Of a stretch of DNA of 64,000 nt, positions 29,160 through 42,606 are shown in pieces. The position numbers were made by a program, and so were the translations under genes. The notes under the pieces are model-generated. The model saw only the letters and a program-made list of their open reading frames with translations. It was not told the origin of the DNA and ran no database searches. The stretch lies in contig CM007989.1 of the NCBI GenBank assembly GCA_002189035.1, forward strand, positions 6,510,001 through 6,574,000. The letters run 5' to 3'. Numbering within the stretch: the stretch's first letter is position 1; each line of letters starts with the position of its first letter. This stretch comes from Utricularia gibba (taxonomy: Eukaryota > Plantae > Magnoliophyta).

Positions 29160-29699
29160 ATAAGGAGCCTAAAAAAACCTCACAAACCCTAATTTTGAAA
29201 ATAAAACCCAAAATTCTAAAAGCAGACACTCAACTTGCAAGTGATGAGTCACGGTTTTGCAATAAATAAGGTTAAGTATGATCTTGGTGGATTTCATCAT
29301 CTAAATACCAATGTTTTACTTCATTCCTTCAATTCAGAAAAAAAAAAACTATTCTAATTCATGTAGATTTTAATTGTATTGTTTATCATTTATTAATTCA
29401 TATTTTATTTTAACAATAATATACATAATTTATTTGCCACCTTCTCATACAAAAGTTATTATTGTTGATGTTCTTATGAATTATTTCAGTAATTGGATAA
29501 TTAAAAGCAAAGTATGTAATATTACAATTAACAATAATGTTTTATAATGATGTATGCATTCACATGTTCAAATATATCTTTTTAATATGAAAGATTTTAC
29601 CTATTGAAAGTCCAATATTTTATATTAGTATCTTAAATCTTTTGGTATAAAATAATTTTAATCAAATTATGATGTTTTATATCAGAATTTAAATTTTTG

Positions 29700-30700
29700 A
29701 ATTGTTTATAGGCTCATCTGATGGAATGGAAAGATAAAATAAATATTGTAATTGCTTAGTGGAAAAATGATTTTGGATTGTACTATTAGATGAAATTTTA
29801 TGTACGTAATATTATCTTCTATCTTAAAAGTTAAAGTTGTGTTTATGAAATATTAAAAATAAATAATAGTTTTCATTATGTTTTTACTATTGATGGAAGT
29901 TTGTAGTTGTAGCAAATACGTGATTCTTTAACTTATATTTATATGTTATCAAACATTATGATTCTTTTTAATTACTCAACCTCTAATCTTTTTCTTACAA
30001 AGTTTTGTAGATTTAAATAACTTTTGCTTTAGTTTAGATCCCAATTAGTGTGTCAGAACTATGGCTTTCAATATGAATGTAAAATTAGATAAGTATTAGA
30101 ATGAATATAATATGATAATAATATTAGCATATGTTTTAGATCTTAAATTCAAATTAGAGTTGATGAAATTTTTTTGTGTAATATTGCATAGAGATGATAA
30201 GAATTAAGACACATGAGAAAATTGAATGTCAATAAATCGTTAACTGATTTATAAATGAGTAATGTAATTTCAAATATAACATCTCAATTAATTTAAGTAA
30301 AAACTTCTATATCAAAATAGATAATATGTATATTGAAAATTCTGATTATATGCCAAAAATTATAACAACCATGTCACAGTTGGCTTCATTTAGAATGAAC
30401 ATAGTATCTCACTTTTTGGAAAAGTAGGATTTGGAAAAATACTTGTCAAATGATATTATTTGTTGTGATTTTAGTGATCCTAATATTGCATTAAAATTTG
30501 ATATTTTAAATTGATGGAAAATAAATAATATAAAATATCTAATCTTAGCCAATATTGCAAGATATATTTTGATTATTTCTATAATATTTATAGAATCAAA
30601 AACTATTTTTAGTGATTATGATTAAGTTATCAATGATTTTAGATCAAATTTATCAATTAAAATATGTAAGATGTTATTTTATACTAATGAAATATAAATA
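29700..30700 (+). pseudogene. Highly degenerate hAT transposase C-terminal fossil
   Basis: Hand translation gives YSTSNLF (cf. YPTSNLF, about 29970) and MAFNMNVKLDKY*NEYN..ILAYVLDLKFKL (cf. KFDKYW...VLDPRFKL, from 30061). It also gives DLEKYL...FDILN*WKINNIKYLILANIAR (hAT dimerisation domain, about 30430-30560). Confidence 0.7.
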
Positions 30701-30728
30701 TATCTTGTAATGAATTTATATAATAAAG

Positions 30729-30730
<2 letters not shown>

Positions 30731-30786
<56 letters not shown>
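30731..30786. repeat. (AT)28 microsatellite
   Basis: 56 nt of uninterrupted AT dinucleotide. Confidence 0.98.
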
Positions 30787-30789
<3 letters not shown>

Positions 30790-31316
30790 TAATATTTATT
30801 TTAAATATATCTAATTATTTTATTTGATAATAATTGTATTTTTATTAATAATAGCACATTAATTATTGAAGCAAGTGAGGAATAATGAGAAACAAATATG
30901 AGATATATATTTCACTTACAAATATATATTAATTTGTTTTATTTATTATTTATTTTTTAAGAACATGTTTGATACTAAAGTTTTATATTTAAAATTAAAT
31001 ATTTAAAATTAAATAATATAAATTTATTTTTAAAAAAATTAATTTAGAATATAAAGAATTATAATAATTGATAAAGACATAATGTTGATTTTGATTGGCA
31101 AATTCGTTTATTTTTTTTTTTATCACTTTAGAGATGGATAAGATGCCTTTGTTTGGGGTCAACATGAGATCGATCCCTGAAGCAAATTGAGAACCATAAA
31201 AAAAGCTATCTTTTCTGTGGAGGGCATCTTGGTGACTCCCATGATCTTGATCCCAAGCTCTCCTGCTGGCGAGGAAGCTAAAAAAACCATAGTTTTTTTT
31301 TTCTTTTTGTTGTGGA

Positions 31317-33492
31317 ATGGCGAATTGCCTTACCTTCGTTGCATTCCCTTGTTTCAAGCACCGGTCTATGTCTTTTGGGTCGTCTTCCCGTCCCCTCTAC
31401 GCGAAGAAGGATTCCTTCTTCAGTTGCAAAGCGATCAATGAGCCGAACGAGGTAAGTTTGGTGTAATTTCTGTGCTGGAACTGTGTTAAAGTTACATTTG
31501 AATATTGCGATAACTCCAGGATTATTATTTGGTCGATGCGCCAACATCTATTGGTGATGGGTTTTCTTTTAGTGGAGGTTAGAATACAGAATGTGTCGCT
31601 TCGTAATGAAAAGCACGAGCTTTAAGAAACTTTTCAACTGGGCTGTTGAGATCTTTCGTTGAACAGGGAAGTATTCAGATGAACCAAGTCCTGCTGATGA
31701 ATGGTTCAACCAAGGAAAAATGGTAGGCTTCATGGTGATCTGAGCAATGCATCTGTATATCACATATTCACATGCTTTCCTTCACCTGTACACCATGGTG
31801 ATATGTGCAGGTGAAAGCACATCCTGTTGGTGGCACCGGTGAGAAGGCAAAAGATCCCATTTTCGGACTACCAATGGCTGGTTCTTCACAGGCATCCACG
31901 GATTTATTCAGGTAATCAGGATCAACCAACACACCAAAAGATTGAATCAATCAACCCCTATCATAAGATGCATCACAGTTGTTGAGGATGTGCTTCAATG
32001 CAGAGCATCTTATGAAATTCTATTTGATATGGCCAGATAGGTGGTTTTGCATTGAAAGTGGAAGCCCTGATAATCCACCCATTATCTTGATCCATGGCTT
32101 CCCATCACAGGTGCACATAACTTTTTTCCTTCAGGTTTTCAGCTTCTTTTCGATTTTGATCTTCATATAGTGGTGCAGGCATACTCATACCGCAATGTGC
32201 TCCCTATTCTGTCCAAGAATCACCATGCTATTGCAATGGATTGGTTAGGTAAAACTAACACCAATTAGATGCGTCAAGCAAGCAACTGGGCAATCAAAAG
32301 CTTTGTTTTTGTTGCAGGTTTTGGGTTTTCAGACAAACCACAGCCTGGCTATGGCTTCAACTATACAATGAAAGGTATGGGGGTTCTTAATCTGTGTAAG
32401 ATTATCAAACAATACTGTCCTAAATTCATCCTTGAAAATCTCAGAATATGTGGAGTCCTTTGGATCCTTGATGGATAAGCTGGCTAAGGACAGGATCACT
32501 CTTGTTGTCCAGGTGGTTTATTCAAGCAAGAAACAGATAGCCAAATGATCAATCAGTTTGTTAATTCTGAAGAGATCCTCTTGTTCTTTGGTAGGGATAC
32601 TTTTCTCCAGTAGTGGTGAAGTACGCTGAGGATCACCAGGATAAGCTCAAAAATCTCATTCTTCTCAATCCACCCGTATGTGATCTCACAGTACTCCATT
32701 CATTTTTCATAGCCATATTCACTTCTCCTCTTTGGTTCATTTGGATCATCTCTATCGCATAGTTGACTTCTAAGCATGCCACACTCCCATCATCACTTGC
32801 CATGTTCAGCAACTTCTTGGTTGGAGAAATCCTTTCTCAGGTGAGAGCACGTGGAATCAATCCATACCCATGCTTTCTTATTTGGTAACATCAAAAACGG
32901 TTCATCAGGATCCAATAAGAGCTAGTGACAAAGTGCTGGCCAGCAGTGGGCCGTACAGCATCAAGGAAGAAGTCGCCATGGTGTACAGAAGACCATACCT
33001 GAGTTCTGGTTCTGCTGGTTTTGCCCTGAATGCAATTAGCAGATCGATGAAGAAGGAGCTCAAGGTTACACTCGTTTTTCTCTTCATACAACTTCATTCT
33101 TCCCTGTTTCTCTGTAACGAATGGGATGCAGGTGTACATAGAAGACATGAGGAGAACCCTGATGGATGAAAAATGGCGAGTTAAGACAGTGATTTGCTGG
33201 GGCGAGAGAGACAAGTGGTTGAGCTTCGATGGAGTCGAAGACTTCTGCAGAGAATCCAAGCATCAACTCATCACACTCCCTCAGGTACACCGCATTTCTT
33301 CTACTGTGCAGTTTTCAGTCACTCGAAACCCTGGTGGATGACTGCGGGGCTGGAGTTCTGCTATGGCGGATTCCATGTAGAATGCATACCAGGTGAAAGG
33401 TGTGTGTCTCTTTGTGGTTTCAGGCGGGGCATCATGCACAGGAAGATTGGAGCGAGGAAGTGGGGAAGGTGATAGCAAGAATGGCAAGATGA
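31317..33492 (+). CDS. Alpha/beta-hydrolase-fold protein, haloalkane-dehalogenase-like, probably plastid-targeted (At4g12830-like)
   Basis: Multi-exon: MANCLTFVAF... (transit-peptide-like), KDPIFGL, RWFCIESG..PPIILIHGFPSQAYSYR, DWLGFGFSDKPQPGYGFNYT, VVQGYFS, YRRPYLSSGSAGFALNAISRSMKKEL, WGERDKWL, AGHHAQED. Confidence 0.93.
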
Positions 33493-34222
33493 AGAAGTGA
33501 TGACCGTACACACATACATGCATGTGTTTAACATCATACATACTTGATACATGTTGTATAAATTAGTCATAAATTTGGAAAAATTATCAATTTTTTCGAA
33601 TATTATGACTTTATATTATTTATTTCTTTAAAAAAATTTAATATTGCAAATATCGAATTTAGTTTAAGTGATCCTATATTTCACAACATCTGCAATTCTA
33701 CCATTTTATTTGTTTTGAATCTAATCCATTTTTTTATAGTTACATGTTTTCTTTTAAAGAAAATATTTCATATAAAATTTAATTGAAAATTTTATTTATT
33801 CTGTTTACTTACTCCATTTATAATTTATGTGAAATTCATGTAAAACGATATTATTTTTTACTATTTCCTAAACATAGTATCACAATTGTATTATTAAAAA
33901 TATTTCAATTCAATGTTCGTTCTTTAACAAATATAATGCCTCTATTTAATACCATTTTTCTGTTTTTTTTTATCTCATAATCGATATATTAATTTAATTA
34001 GTTTATATGTATTAATATAATATATTTCAAATTTTATTTTTCCAGAGCGGCTATTCTTCAAATCAACCCGCCAGCCCGGAGCTCGAGTCAAGGGGCAAGA
34101 CTCAGGTCAAAACAACTGTGTGTGTTCTCCCGCATCTTCCTCTCGGAACCCTAAATTTCGGGTGGGTTGATTTCTTTAGATTTTCTCTGTAACTGCTGTC
34201 GAGGTTCGCCGGGACGAAGAGG

Positions 34223-35544
34223 ATGTCTGGTGCTGCTTTGGACATGACTCTTGATGATCTCATTAAAAGCAACAAAAAATTCGGCTCTAGAGGCCGAGGT
34301 CGTGGCGGCGGGGGTGCTGGTCCCTTGCGCCGCCAGAATGGCAGAGTTGCTAATCGTGCTGCTCCTTATGCCGTAGCAAAGGTCAGATCTTGTTCCCTTC
34401 ATGGATTATAGTAGAAGGTGTGTTTTGCTCTGAAATTTTTCATCTTTAGTTTTTTGTGGTTTTTGTATAGGCTCCTGAATCGAACTGGGGTCATGACATG
34501 TTTCAAGCTGGCGGTCGAGCTTCTAATGTCGAGACGGGGACGAAGCTTTACGTCTCTAATTTGGATTTCGGGGTATCCAATGAAGACATTAAGGTAGAGC
34601 GTAGAGTATGTTCTCTGTAATCTGTGGTTTCTCGATGGAACTTCTCCTGTTTAATACTCAGTATCTTCTGAATCCGTATTATAACTTCTGGGATTCCGTG
34701 CTGCTTGATAAATTGATTAATTACTTGCAGTTTTAGAATTGAAGCTCCTTTGTCTATAATCATGCAACTCAGTGGCTGCGTCTGATCTCATGTGGATTCA
34801 ATTCTTGCTACCCGTTCTTGCCTGCTTGCTTGGTCATGGAAATATGATCGTTTCACTGACTAGGCCTCATGGGATTTTCTGGAATAACAGGAATTGTTTG
34901 CAGAGGTTGGTGATCTGAAAAGATATTCTGTGCATTATGACAGAAGTGGTCGATCAAAGGTACTGTTCATTGATGGCTGATGGTTTTGGTTTTTGTGTTC
35001 TGCATGGTTAAAATCTGAATTTTTCCCTAGGGAACAGCCGAATTAGTGTTCTCACGGCGACAAGATGCCGTAGCAGCTATAAAGAAGTATAACAACGTTC
35101 AGCTTGATGGGAAGCCAATGCAACTAGAGCTAGTGGGAACCAACATGTCAACTCCCGCTGCTGCTACTCTGCCTTTGGGTGCTTTTGCTAATTCCATTTT
35201 TCCTCCAAGGTATGTATTTTGGGATAGAGCAACCCTGATTTCATTACTCTAAATGGTTTGGTCAATATGCTGGGGAATCTGACTGAGTAGATAATATATT
35301 CATGTTGCTATCATTTATGTTATATATGTAACTTCCGTTTTATGCAATATGTAATGATTTATGATGTGGTGACAGTGGCCAAGCTAGAGGTGGTTTCAAT
35401 CGAGCCTTTAGTGGGCGCGAGCGCGGGCGCGGGCGTGGATTTGGAAGGGGTCGTGGGCGTGGAAGGGATCGTAGTGAGAAGGTTTCTGCTGATGATCTGG
35501 ACGCAGACTTGGAGAAGTATCATGCAGATGCAATGCAGACTTAG
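34223..35544 (+). CDS. ALY: ALY/REF mRNA export adaptor (THO complex subunit 4)
   Basis: N-terminal [13 protein letters not shown] region, RRM ([25 protein letters not shown]...SGRSKGTAE...[11 protein letters not shown]), C-terminal [13 protein letters not shown]. Five GT-AG exons. Confidence 0.96.
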
Positions 35545-36185
35545 CTAACTTCAGTGTAGGGAGTGTATAATCCTACTGATTCTGCTTGCTGTTCTCAGCT
35601 ATTAAAGTTCAGATTGCGTCGACCTCGTTATTCTGTTGAACAAGAAGGGCAGCAACTATGAGGGAGTTGAACTTTGGTCCAACAAATATGTTATTCTAGG
35701 TAAATGTGTCTTATTAAATGCTGCACCATTCTGATGGTGCTCTTCCCCACTATCAAGAGCCCTCGGGTAACTATGTTCAAGAATCCAGTTATGTACCAAT
35801 GAGCGTCCATACTCTAGGAATAGGTATCAGAATGTTCTCTTTTCTGCTCTTCTATGTTTCTATCCTAAAGAAATTCCGTTGAATGCAAAATTTCTTCTGA
35901 AGGAACTATGGCTGGTATGCAGTGTTCTCTGTGATCTCTGTCTTATAGGGTTCTGCCTGAGCTTTTATGGTCTTCAAGTAGGAAATTTGCTGTCTTATTT
36001 GGAGGGGCAGACCCTGGCTGGCTGTTGCAATGGGTATTCTTCAGAACAGGAACTACTCTTCAATATGCGTCTCTTTTTTTTTTTTTTCAATGAACAAAAT
36101 GACCTCATGGTCCTCTTGCTATGTCCTCCAGAAGAAGAAAGTGGAATGCTGACATCTTATACAGCAATGGAGAAACAAAACCCAG

Positions 36186-37823
36186 TCACCAGCCCATCAG
36201 TGTTCTCCTGACTTTGTCCACGATCTGCTTGCTCGATGGGAACTTGGGGCTGCAGTTGTCATCCAAGAGAAACCTGTAGACCTCCCACTCACGTCCCGCA
36301 GCTAGATGCCGCCCGATCTCAGCCTGTAGTTTGATGTAAAACATCACAATGAAGATACACTAACCTTCACGTACAAGTTTGAACTTGGAAGCTTACCAGA
36401 AATATGCAGATCCCCAGGCTTTTCAGGGCGGAGGTTACATCGTAGAACACTCGGGGCCTTCCTCTTCCCGACATCTCCACTGGGTTAGCTATGAAGAGCT
36501 CTGTGTCTGGACCACGGCTTGTGATGAGTACTCGAAGGGGATGGAGCAGCTCCAGCTTCAAACGGGAACAGAGGCCTGCTTGCTTCTCAGGGTCTACTAG
36601 CTTCTTCCCATCGATGTGTTGGATGAACAGGTCCAGATCTCTGTGACCATTTCTCACAGGTGAAAACCGCCCATATGATATCTAAGACCAGAAACCACAC
36701 GTGAGACATTGAAGTATGGAATACAGAGGTTGTCTTTTGGTTAAGGGACAGGCAGTTGCTTGATACCTTGATGCTATGATCTTTCAAGGTTCGCATGATG
36801 TCATAAAGAAACCCCTTGTGATCCACACAGTTGATCTGGAGTAAGGTGTGAGCAGGGCTCAGGGTGTTGTCGATTTTCACATTGGCTCGTTTCAACTCCG
36901 TCACGTCCAGGCTGAGTGCCTGTAATCGAGGATCCGTTTCCGATATGGTGGATCGGAACAACTCTTCACCGGTACCAGGTGAAAGGCATGCATTTGTGCC
37001 CTGAAGACCATCATACTGGAAACCAGGTAACTGAATCTCACACCCTATGAGCGAATCTCCGAGGGCACTCCTCAACTTCTCACATGTCTCCTCTTGTCTA
37101 GAGCTCATATGCAACAGCGCCCTGCAGTTGGATCATCATCATTCATCAAACAGCTTCCTAGCTTCATCAGTTTGAAGTGGAGCAGAATGACTTACAGATT
37201 ATCTTTTATGAAGAAAAGATCGAGGACACACCCATCTGGGGTGGTGCTCACTTTAACTCTTTGGATCGTAAGCTCTAGTTCGTCAAGGACGCCCGTGACA
37301 TCTGCAAACCACAATACTCAGAACTAGAGGATGAAGAAGAAACATAGAGAATGGGAACTGGTTAAAGGGGCATCAGAATCACCATGTAACAATCCCTTTC
37401 TGTCGAGGCTACGGAATTTGAGCAGATAAACAGGGGAAGAAGGGGCACAAGGGCTTGGAGCAAAAAATTGTGGTATAGATGGCGGGCAGATGGATAGCAA
37501 CCGATCTCTCAAATTCACCCACATTACATGACACCCAGGCGAAGGAACCACCCAGAAAACTACATAACACCACCTCCCATCTGTGGAAACATCTGAATCG
37601 AGAAGAGCAGAATCAGAAACAGGGATCAATATACAGAATGAAGGGAAAAAACAGCCAAGTCAGGACCTCCTTTGGTGATGCAGAGGCCGAAATCCAGAAT
37701 GTTGTAACAAATATCACACCCCAAGCCAGTTTTATCAGGGCAATTCACGGTTATGACATGGGGGTCGTCGGGATTCTTGCCCTTCTCGATCAATACGGCG
37801 TCGTCGCTCATCATCAACCCCAT
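36186..37823 (-). CDS. ACR9: ACT domain repeat protein, ACR9/ACR10 group
   Basis: MGLMMSDDAVLIEKG...VITVNCPDKTGLGCDIC...DVSTDGRWCYVVFWV...DRKGLLHDVT...VDHKGFLYDIMRTLKD...SGRGRPRVFYDVT...VRRTLMGW*. Six exons. Confidence 0.92.
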
Positions 37824-40214
37824 TTCCTCCACAGATAAGAGCAGGAATACAGAAAAAAACAAAGGAAACTGGGAGAACGGATATGCTACGGTGTGGTGCT
37901 CTTATCGACAGTTCGGCACGCGGCGGATAGGGCGAGCAGCCGCCATAAACAGCCCCCAGCCCCACGCGGCACATGTATATATATGAAAAACGAGTTGATT
38001 GAAACCGGAATCGGACGAGGATGGATGAAAATATGGGATTCACAGTCCACACCACACATGGCGGTCAGCACCAAGATAACTCGGAGAGGGACCGCGATCA
38101 GCGCATCGCCCATTTGCTTTCAATTGGGGTTACCCTCCTGTCGCCATGCCATATTCGGGGGACACTTCACGGTGATCTGAAAATTATTATTAAGCGGTAA
38201 TTTCACAACTATTTATATTTTGATAAATATATAAAATATTGTTAAAATTAAAAATTTATCCGTATATATATTTTAGAGAAACTTGCAATAAAAATACTTG
38301 AACTTTTGATCAATATAAACATAAATTTCAAGTATTAAAATTATAAGAAAACATTTTAAAACATTTTGAAAATTTTTAAAAATTAAACCAAATGTAGTTT
38401 CAAAACTAACAAAATTTTGTACTAAGTGTTTTTTGTATTTGCATTTGAAGTTCGGCGAATCCAATAATTTCTTTATTAAGGTTATATTTTATTCACATCT
38501 CATGATGTTTGAAGTTTGATGAAGATAAAACCATCATGTGAAAGGAATGGAAATTATGAATAATGTATTTTGAGATAAAAGTCAAACACAATATTTTCTC
38601 CATTTTCCCGCTTCCTAATTCGTTTGTTATTTGTCCATTTTTCTTGTTGTTGCATGAGAGGTTAAATATTAGTAATATAAGAGTTTAAATATACAATTTC
38701 ATTAATTTGAGATCAAACTATTTATAAAAAACAAGTTGAAAGTCTTATACTACAATTTTAAAATTTAAGGATTAAATTATTTATATGAAATATAATTTGA
38801 AGTGTCTATGTCAAATTCCACCCATATGTTTTTTTATTAATACATATTTAAAATAGATGAAAAAAATTAAACTGATAGATCAAGAAAATTAGCATATACG
38901 AAGAATTTTAATAAGCAAAATTGAAAAGTTTTATACACATATTTTATAAAATAAATAAATAAATATATATATATATATTTCATTATTACAAAAATATCTA
39001 GTTATTTAGAATGCACGTGTTTAGAATGAACGATAAACAATTTTAACAAATAATGATAATTATTGATATATTATTATTATTATTAGTAGTATTGTAACAA
39101 AACTAGCCGCTGGGATTCCTTTGGAGGTCAAATCAGTCCACCACAACATGTCCCCCACGTTGTTTAAAAATATATAATATATGCTCATGTTGTCGTATAT
39201 TTCGTAGAAAAACGACGGTTATTTAATTATTTGATCTAACTGAATACATATAATATGCATTCGTTACATTATAAGGACAATTCTTTTGTTACATTACGCG
39301 TATGTGGCGGTAAAAGTTGATACCTGTAGAAAATGAGCCTTGGAATTAGAGGATCTATATTTTTTTATAGATATATAGAAATAATTGAAATAATAATTAA
39401 GATTACATGCTTGACTTCTGTATTGCATGATGTTGTACATGTTAAATATTCAACTCTCTATGATTTTTTTTTTTTTCATACTTGCCTTGCATTCCCAAGA
39501 AGTCATCCATTTTCAAATTATTTTAGGTTAAACGCGTTTAATTTTGAAGTTTGTATCAAAGATCTTCTGTTGTGTTTAGAAAAAAAACTTCATGTAAAAT
39601 TTACATGATCATCCTACTTAATTTTATCTTTTTCTTCATTGGTACTTAATGTGAGATTTACCTAAAATCTTTATACCTTTACATTATATAAATATAAATA
39701 TAAATATATATTTATATGGCTCACGATGAATGAATAATAGAGTAGGGCCCCAAGTCAGAGTAATAATTCAACAAGTGTGTTTAAAGTTTTAGAGATATTA
39801 TATTAAAGTAGTGTTATTCTTGTTATTGAATAAATCATTGGTGGAGAGTAATTTTTTAATAATAATTTTGTATTTTTTTCCATATTCAATCATTGCGTCT
39901 ACCACTTATAATCATGAGTTTAAAAATAAAAAATATAATTTAACAAATATTTTTAATTGATTCCTTCAACGTGATTCATGATTATCATACGGACATGGGA
40001 ACAAAAATAATAAATCAAAATGTGTCCATGTGTATATATAATATAGTTCGACTCTTACAAAAGAATTAGAGAAAAAAACTCATCAGTCCTATAGAGATGA
40101 TAGGCTTTTTAGGGGCAATTATTAATAAAATTTGCTGAAAAAAGTGTGTTAATAAAAAAATGTGAGTATTATTTTTTGTTTTTTATTATTATTTTTTTGT
40201 TTCCTTATGAAAAT

Positions 40215-40295
40215 TGGGCTGATGTTGGCCAGGCGCTTATTGGGCCCACACATGGAGTAACAAAACAGGCTGGGTTTTGAGTATGGGCCGAAACT
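40215..40295. promoter_or_regulatory. Cluster of site II (TGGGCY) motifs upstream of SYP81
   Basis: TTGGGCT, TTGGGCCCA, CTGGGT and ATGGGCC within about 80 bp at the AT-rich/transcribed boundary. Confidence 0.55.
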
Positions 40296-40647
40296 GTTGC
40301 CTTTTCATCTTGCACGTTTTGCAGAGACTCTGAATTGGATCTTCTGGAAGACGCGCATTTGTTTTGATATCTCGAAGACGCATTTGGATTATTGAATTCG
40401 CATGGTTTTCTCGTTGTTCGTCAGCGGAGATAGAGGTAAAATTTCAGCTCATCTCCTTTCACATGAGCAGTGTGTTTTATTGGGGTTCTTGTGCTTGAGC
40501 GGGTATGCACGCCTGGATGTCAATCACGGATTGACATTTTGCATACTTTCCTGGCATTGCTGTCTTAATTTTATTGGGTTCTTGTGCTTTTTTTTTCCTG
40601 TGTAGATCGATCGTTCATACAGCAGCTGCTCAGTGGATTTCCTAAAA

Positions 40648-42606
40648 ATGTCTAAAATTAGAGATAGAACAGAGGATTTTAAAGATGCTGTGAGGAAGGC
40701 GGCCATCAATTTAGGATATAATGAGGTTAACTTGTGTTTGGAGTTATTGTTTTCTCAATGATAAACTGTTTGGTTGCTTGAGCCTGACTTTTAATTGCGT
40801 CTTATTCAGTCTAAAATTGCTTCATTGATGGCATCTTTTATCATGCCTAAGATTTTGGAGAGGTCATCTTTCACAAAAGCTGCCTTGATAACGGTATTAC
40901 GGCATTCTTGATGTTTATCTTTCATTCTCCTTCCGTTTTGCTCCTTTTCTTGATGATTTTCCTATTCCAGCTCGAGAGCATTAGTGCATTAGAACAATTT
41001 CTTTTGAAGCATAAGAAAGATTACACAGATCGGCACAGGACTACTAAAAAAGAGCGAGATAGCATCGAGCATGAAGTAATATATCTTTTCTATATTTTTA
41101 TATCCCTGTGCTATACTGTGTACAGTCCCATTTGTTTTCCCACATTAAACAGTATTTCAGATTTGTGCTATATCTCCAGTGTTATCTGTGAGTTGTAGTT
41201 TTTTCATTTGTAGGTCATCTGGTGTATGTGTGCTGCAGCCTCTGTTACTTATGACTTCTTATGAAACTCCTTTTTCAGGTTACAATCTCCATTAAAGCTT
41301 GCAAAGATCAAATAGATGTACTACAGAATAGTATAAATAATGAGGAAGTAGATTCAAAGAGATGGCATGGAATAAGGACAGTAAGTTTGAATGCCGATGC
41401 TGTAGCCCACAAACATGGAGTGGTATGCTTTTCTTTTCGTGGTTGAGCTCTCTGCGTGAATAAACAACAGCTTTGATGAAATTCTGGACCTTGATAGGGA
41501 CATTATTTTCCTTTCTCTCCTCAATCCTCTTGTTTCTTTATTTTACATTTCTTTTGATGCGTGAGCTGGGCTAGATACATTAAATTCCTTGTTTTCATCA
41601 GCTCCTAAACTGAAATCATTGTAAGTTAGCGTATTTTGAATCTGACAAATATAAATTTCTGTCCCTAGTAGTGAGTGTAGGAGTTATGGTCTGATAACAC
41701 TGGAAAATTTCGTGTCTTTATTTCTATATCCTGAACAAATTCTTTCTTCGTGGTCATGTTGCAGGTGTTGATTTTAAGCGAAAAACTTCACTCAGTGACT
41801 TGCAGATTTGACCAGCTTAGAGCTTTGGCTTTCCAAGAGGCGATCAACAGAGCGGCCTCAAGACAAAAACATAGTGCTGTTGTAAAGATCGGTGTGAAGA
41901 AAAGCTCCAAAAGCTCTAACTCTGCAAATAGTGATGTTGGGGAATCAAACCTTTCTGAGATCATGCAAAGCAACGGCACTGACGCAGAACCAATTACATT
42001 CCAGCAGCATTTGATGGACGACGAGACACGTGCTCTCCAGGTAATGTAACCCTGCTTCTGGCTCAACCATATTTACCTTGTAACCCGAAAAAGCTTCTTT
42101 GAATCTGCAGTTAGAGCTATCCAGCATGTTAGATGCTGTTCAAGAAACAGAAAAGAAAATGGTTGAGGTGTCTGCACTCAACCACCTGATGTCAACACAC
42201 ATTTTGCAGCAGAAACTACAAATAGAACATTTATTTGAGCAGGTATGAGATGATCACGAGGTGCATGATCTCAATCTTTTGTTTTGTGTCACAGCAAGGA
42301 TACACCCACACACTTTTTCCCTCACCCTTCACACCCCGACAACCACAGTGTCCATGTCCATCATTCTGGCATAATAGGCAATTTTACAGCCCCACTGTTT
42401 CCTTTTTTCTGCTATTCAATTTGGGGTTGTTATGTGAATCCCTGAACCATTGAAATGGGCAGGCAGTTGAGGCCACGAGGAATGTGGAGCTTGGCAATAA
42501 AGAGTTATCCTCAGCCATTCAAAGGAACAGCAGTAGCAGAACCTTTCTTCTACTCTTTCTGATGGTCCTTACTTTTTCAGTTCTCTTTCTTGATTGGTAT
42601 AGTTGA
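40648..42606 (+). CDS. SYP81: Syntaxin-81 (syntaxin-18/Ufe1 family Qa-SNARE)
   Basis: MSKIRDRTEDFKDAV...KKDYTD..RTT..ERDSIEHEV...AHKHGVVLILSEKLHSVT...DDETRALQ...ETEKKMVEVSALNHLMSTHILQQ...NSSSRTFLLLFLMVLTFSVLFLDWYS* (C-terminal TM). Seven coding exons. Confidence 0.95.

Noticed and set aside
41136-41150. TCCCACAT USE-like motif in a SYP81 intron
   Set aside because: It lacks the CG end, a properly spaced TATA and any downstream snRNA.
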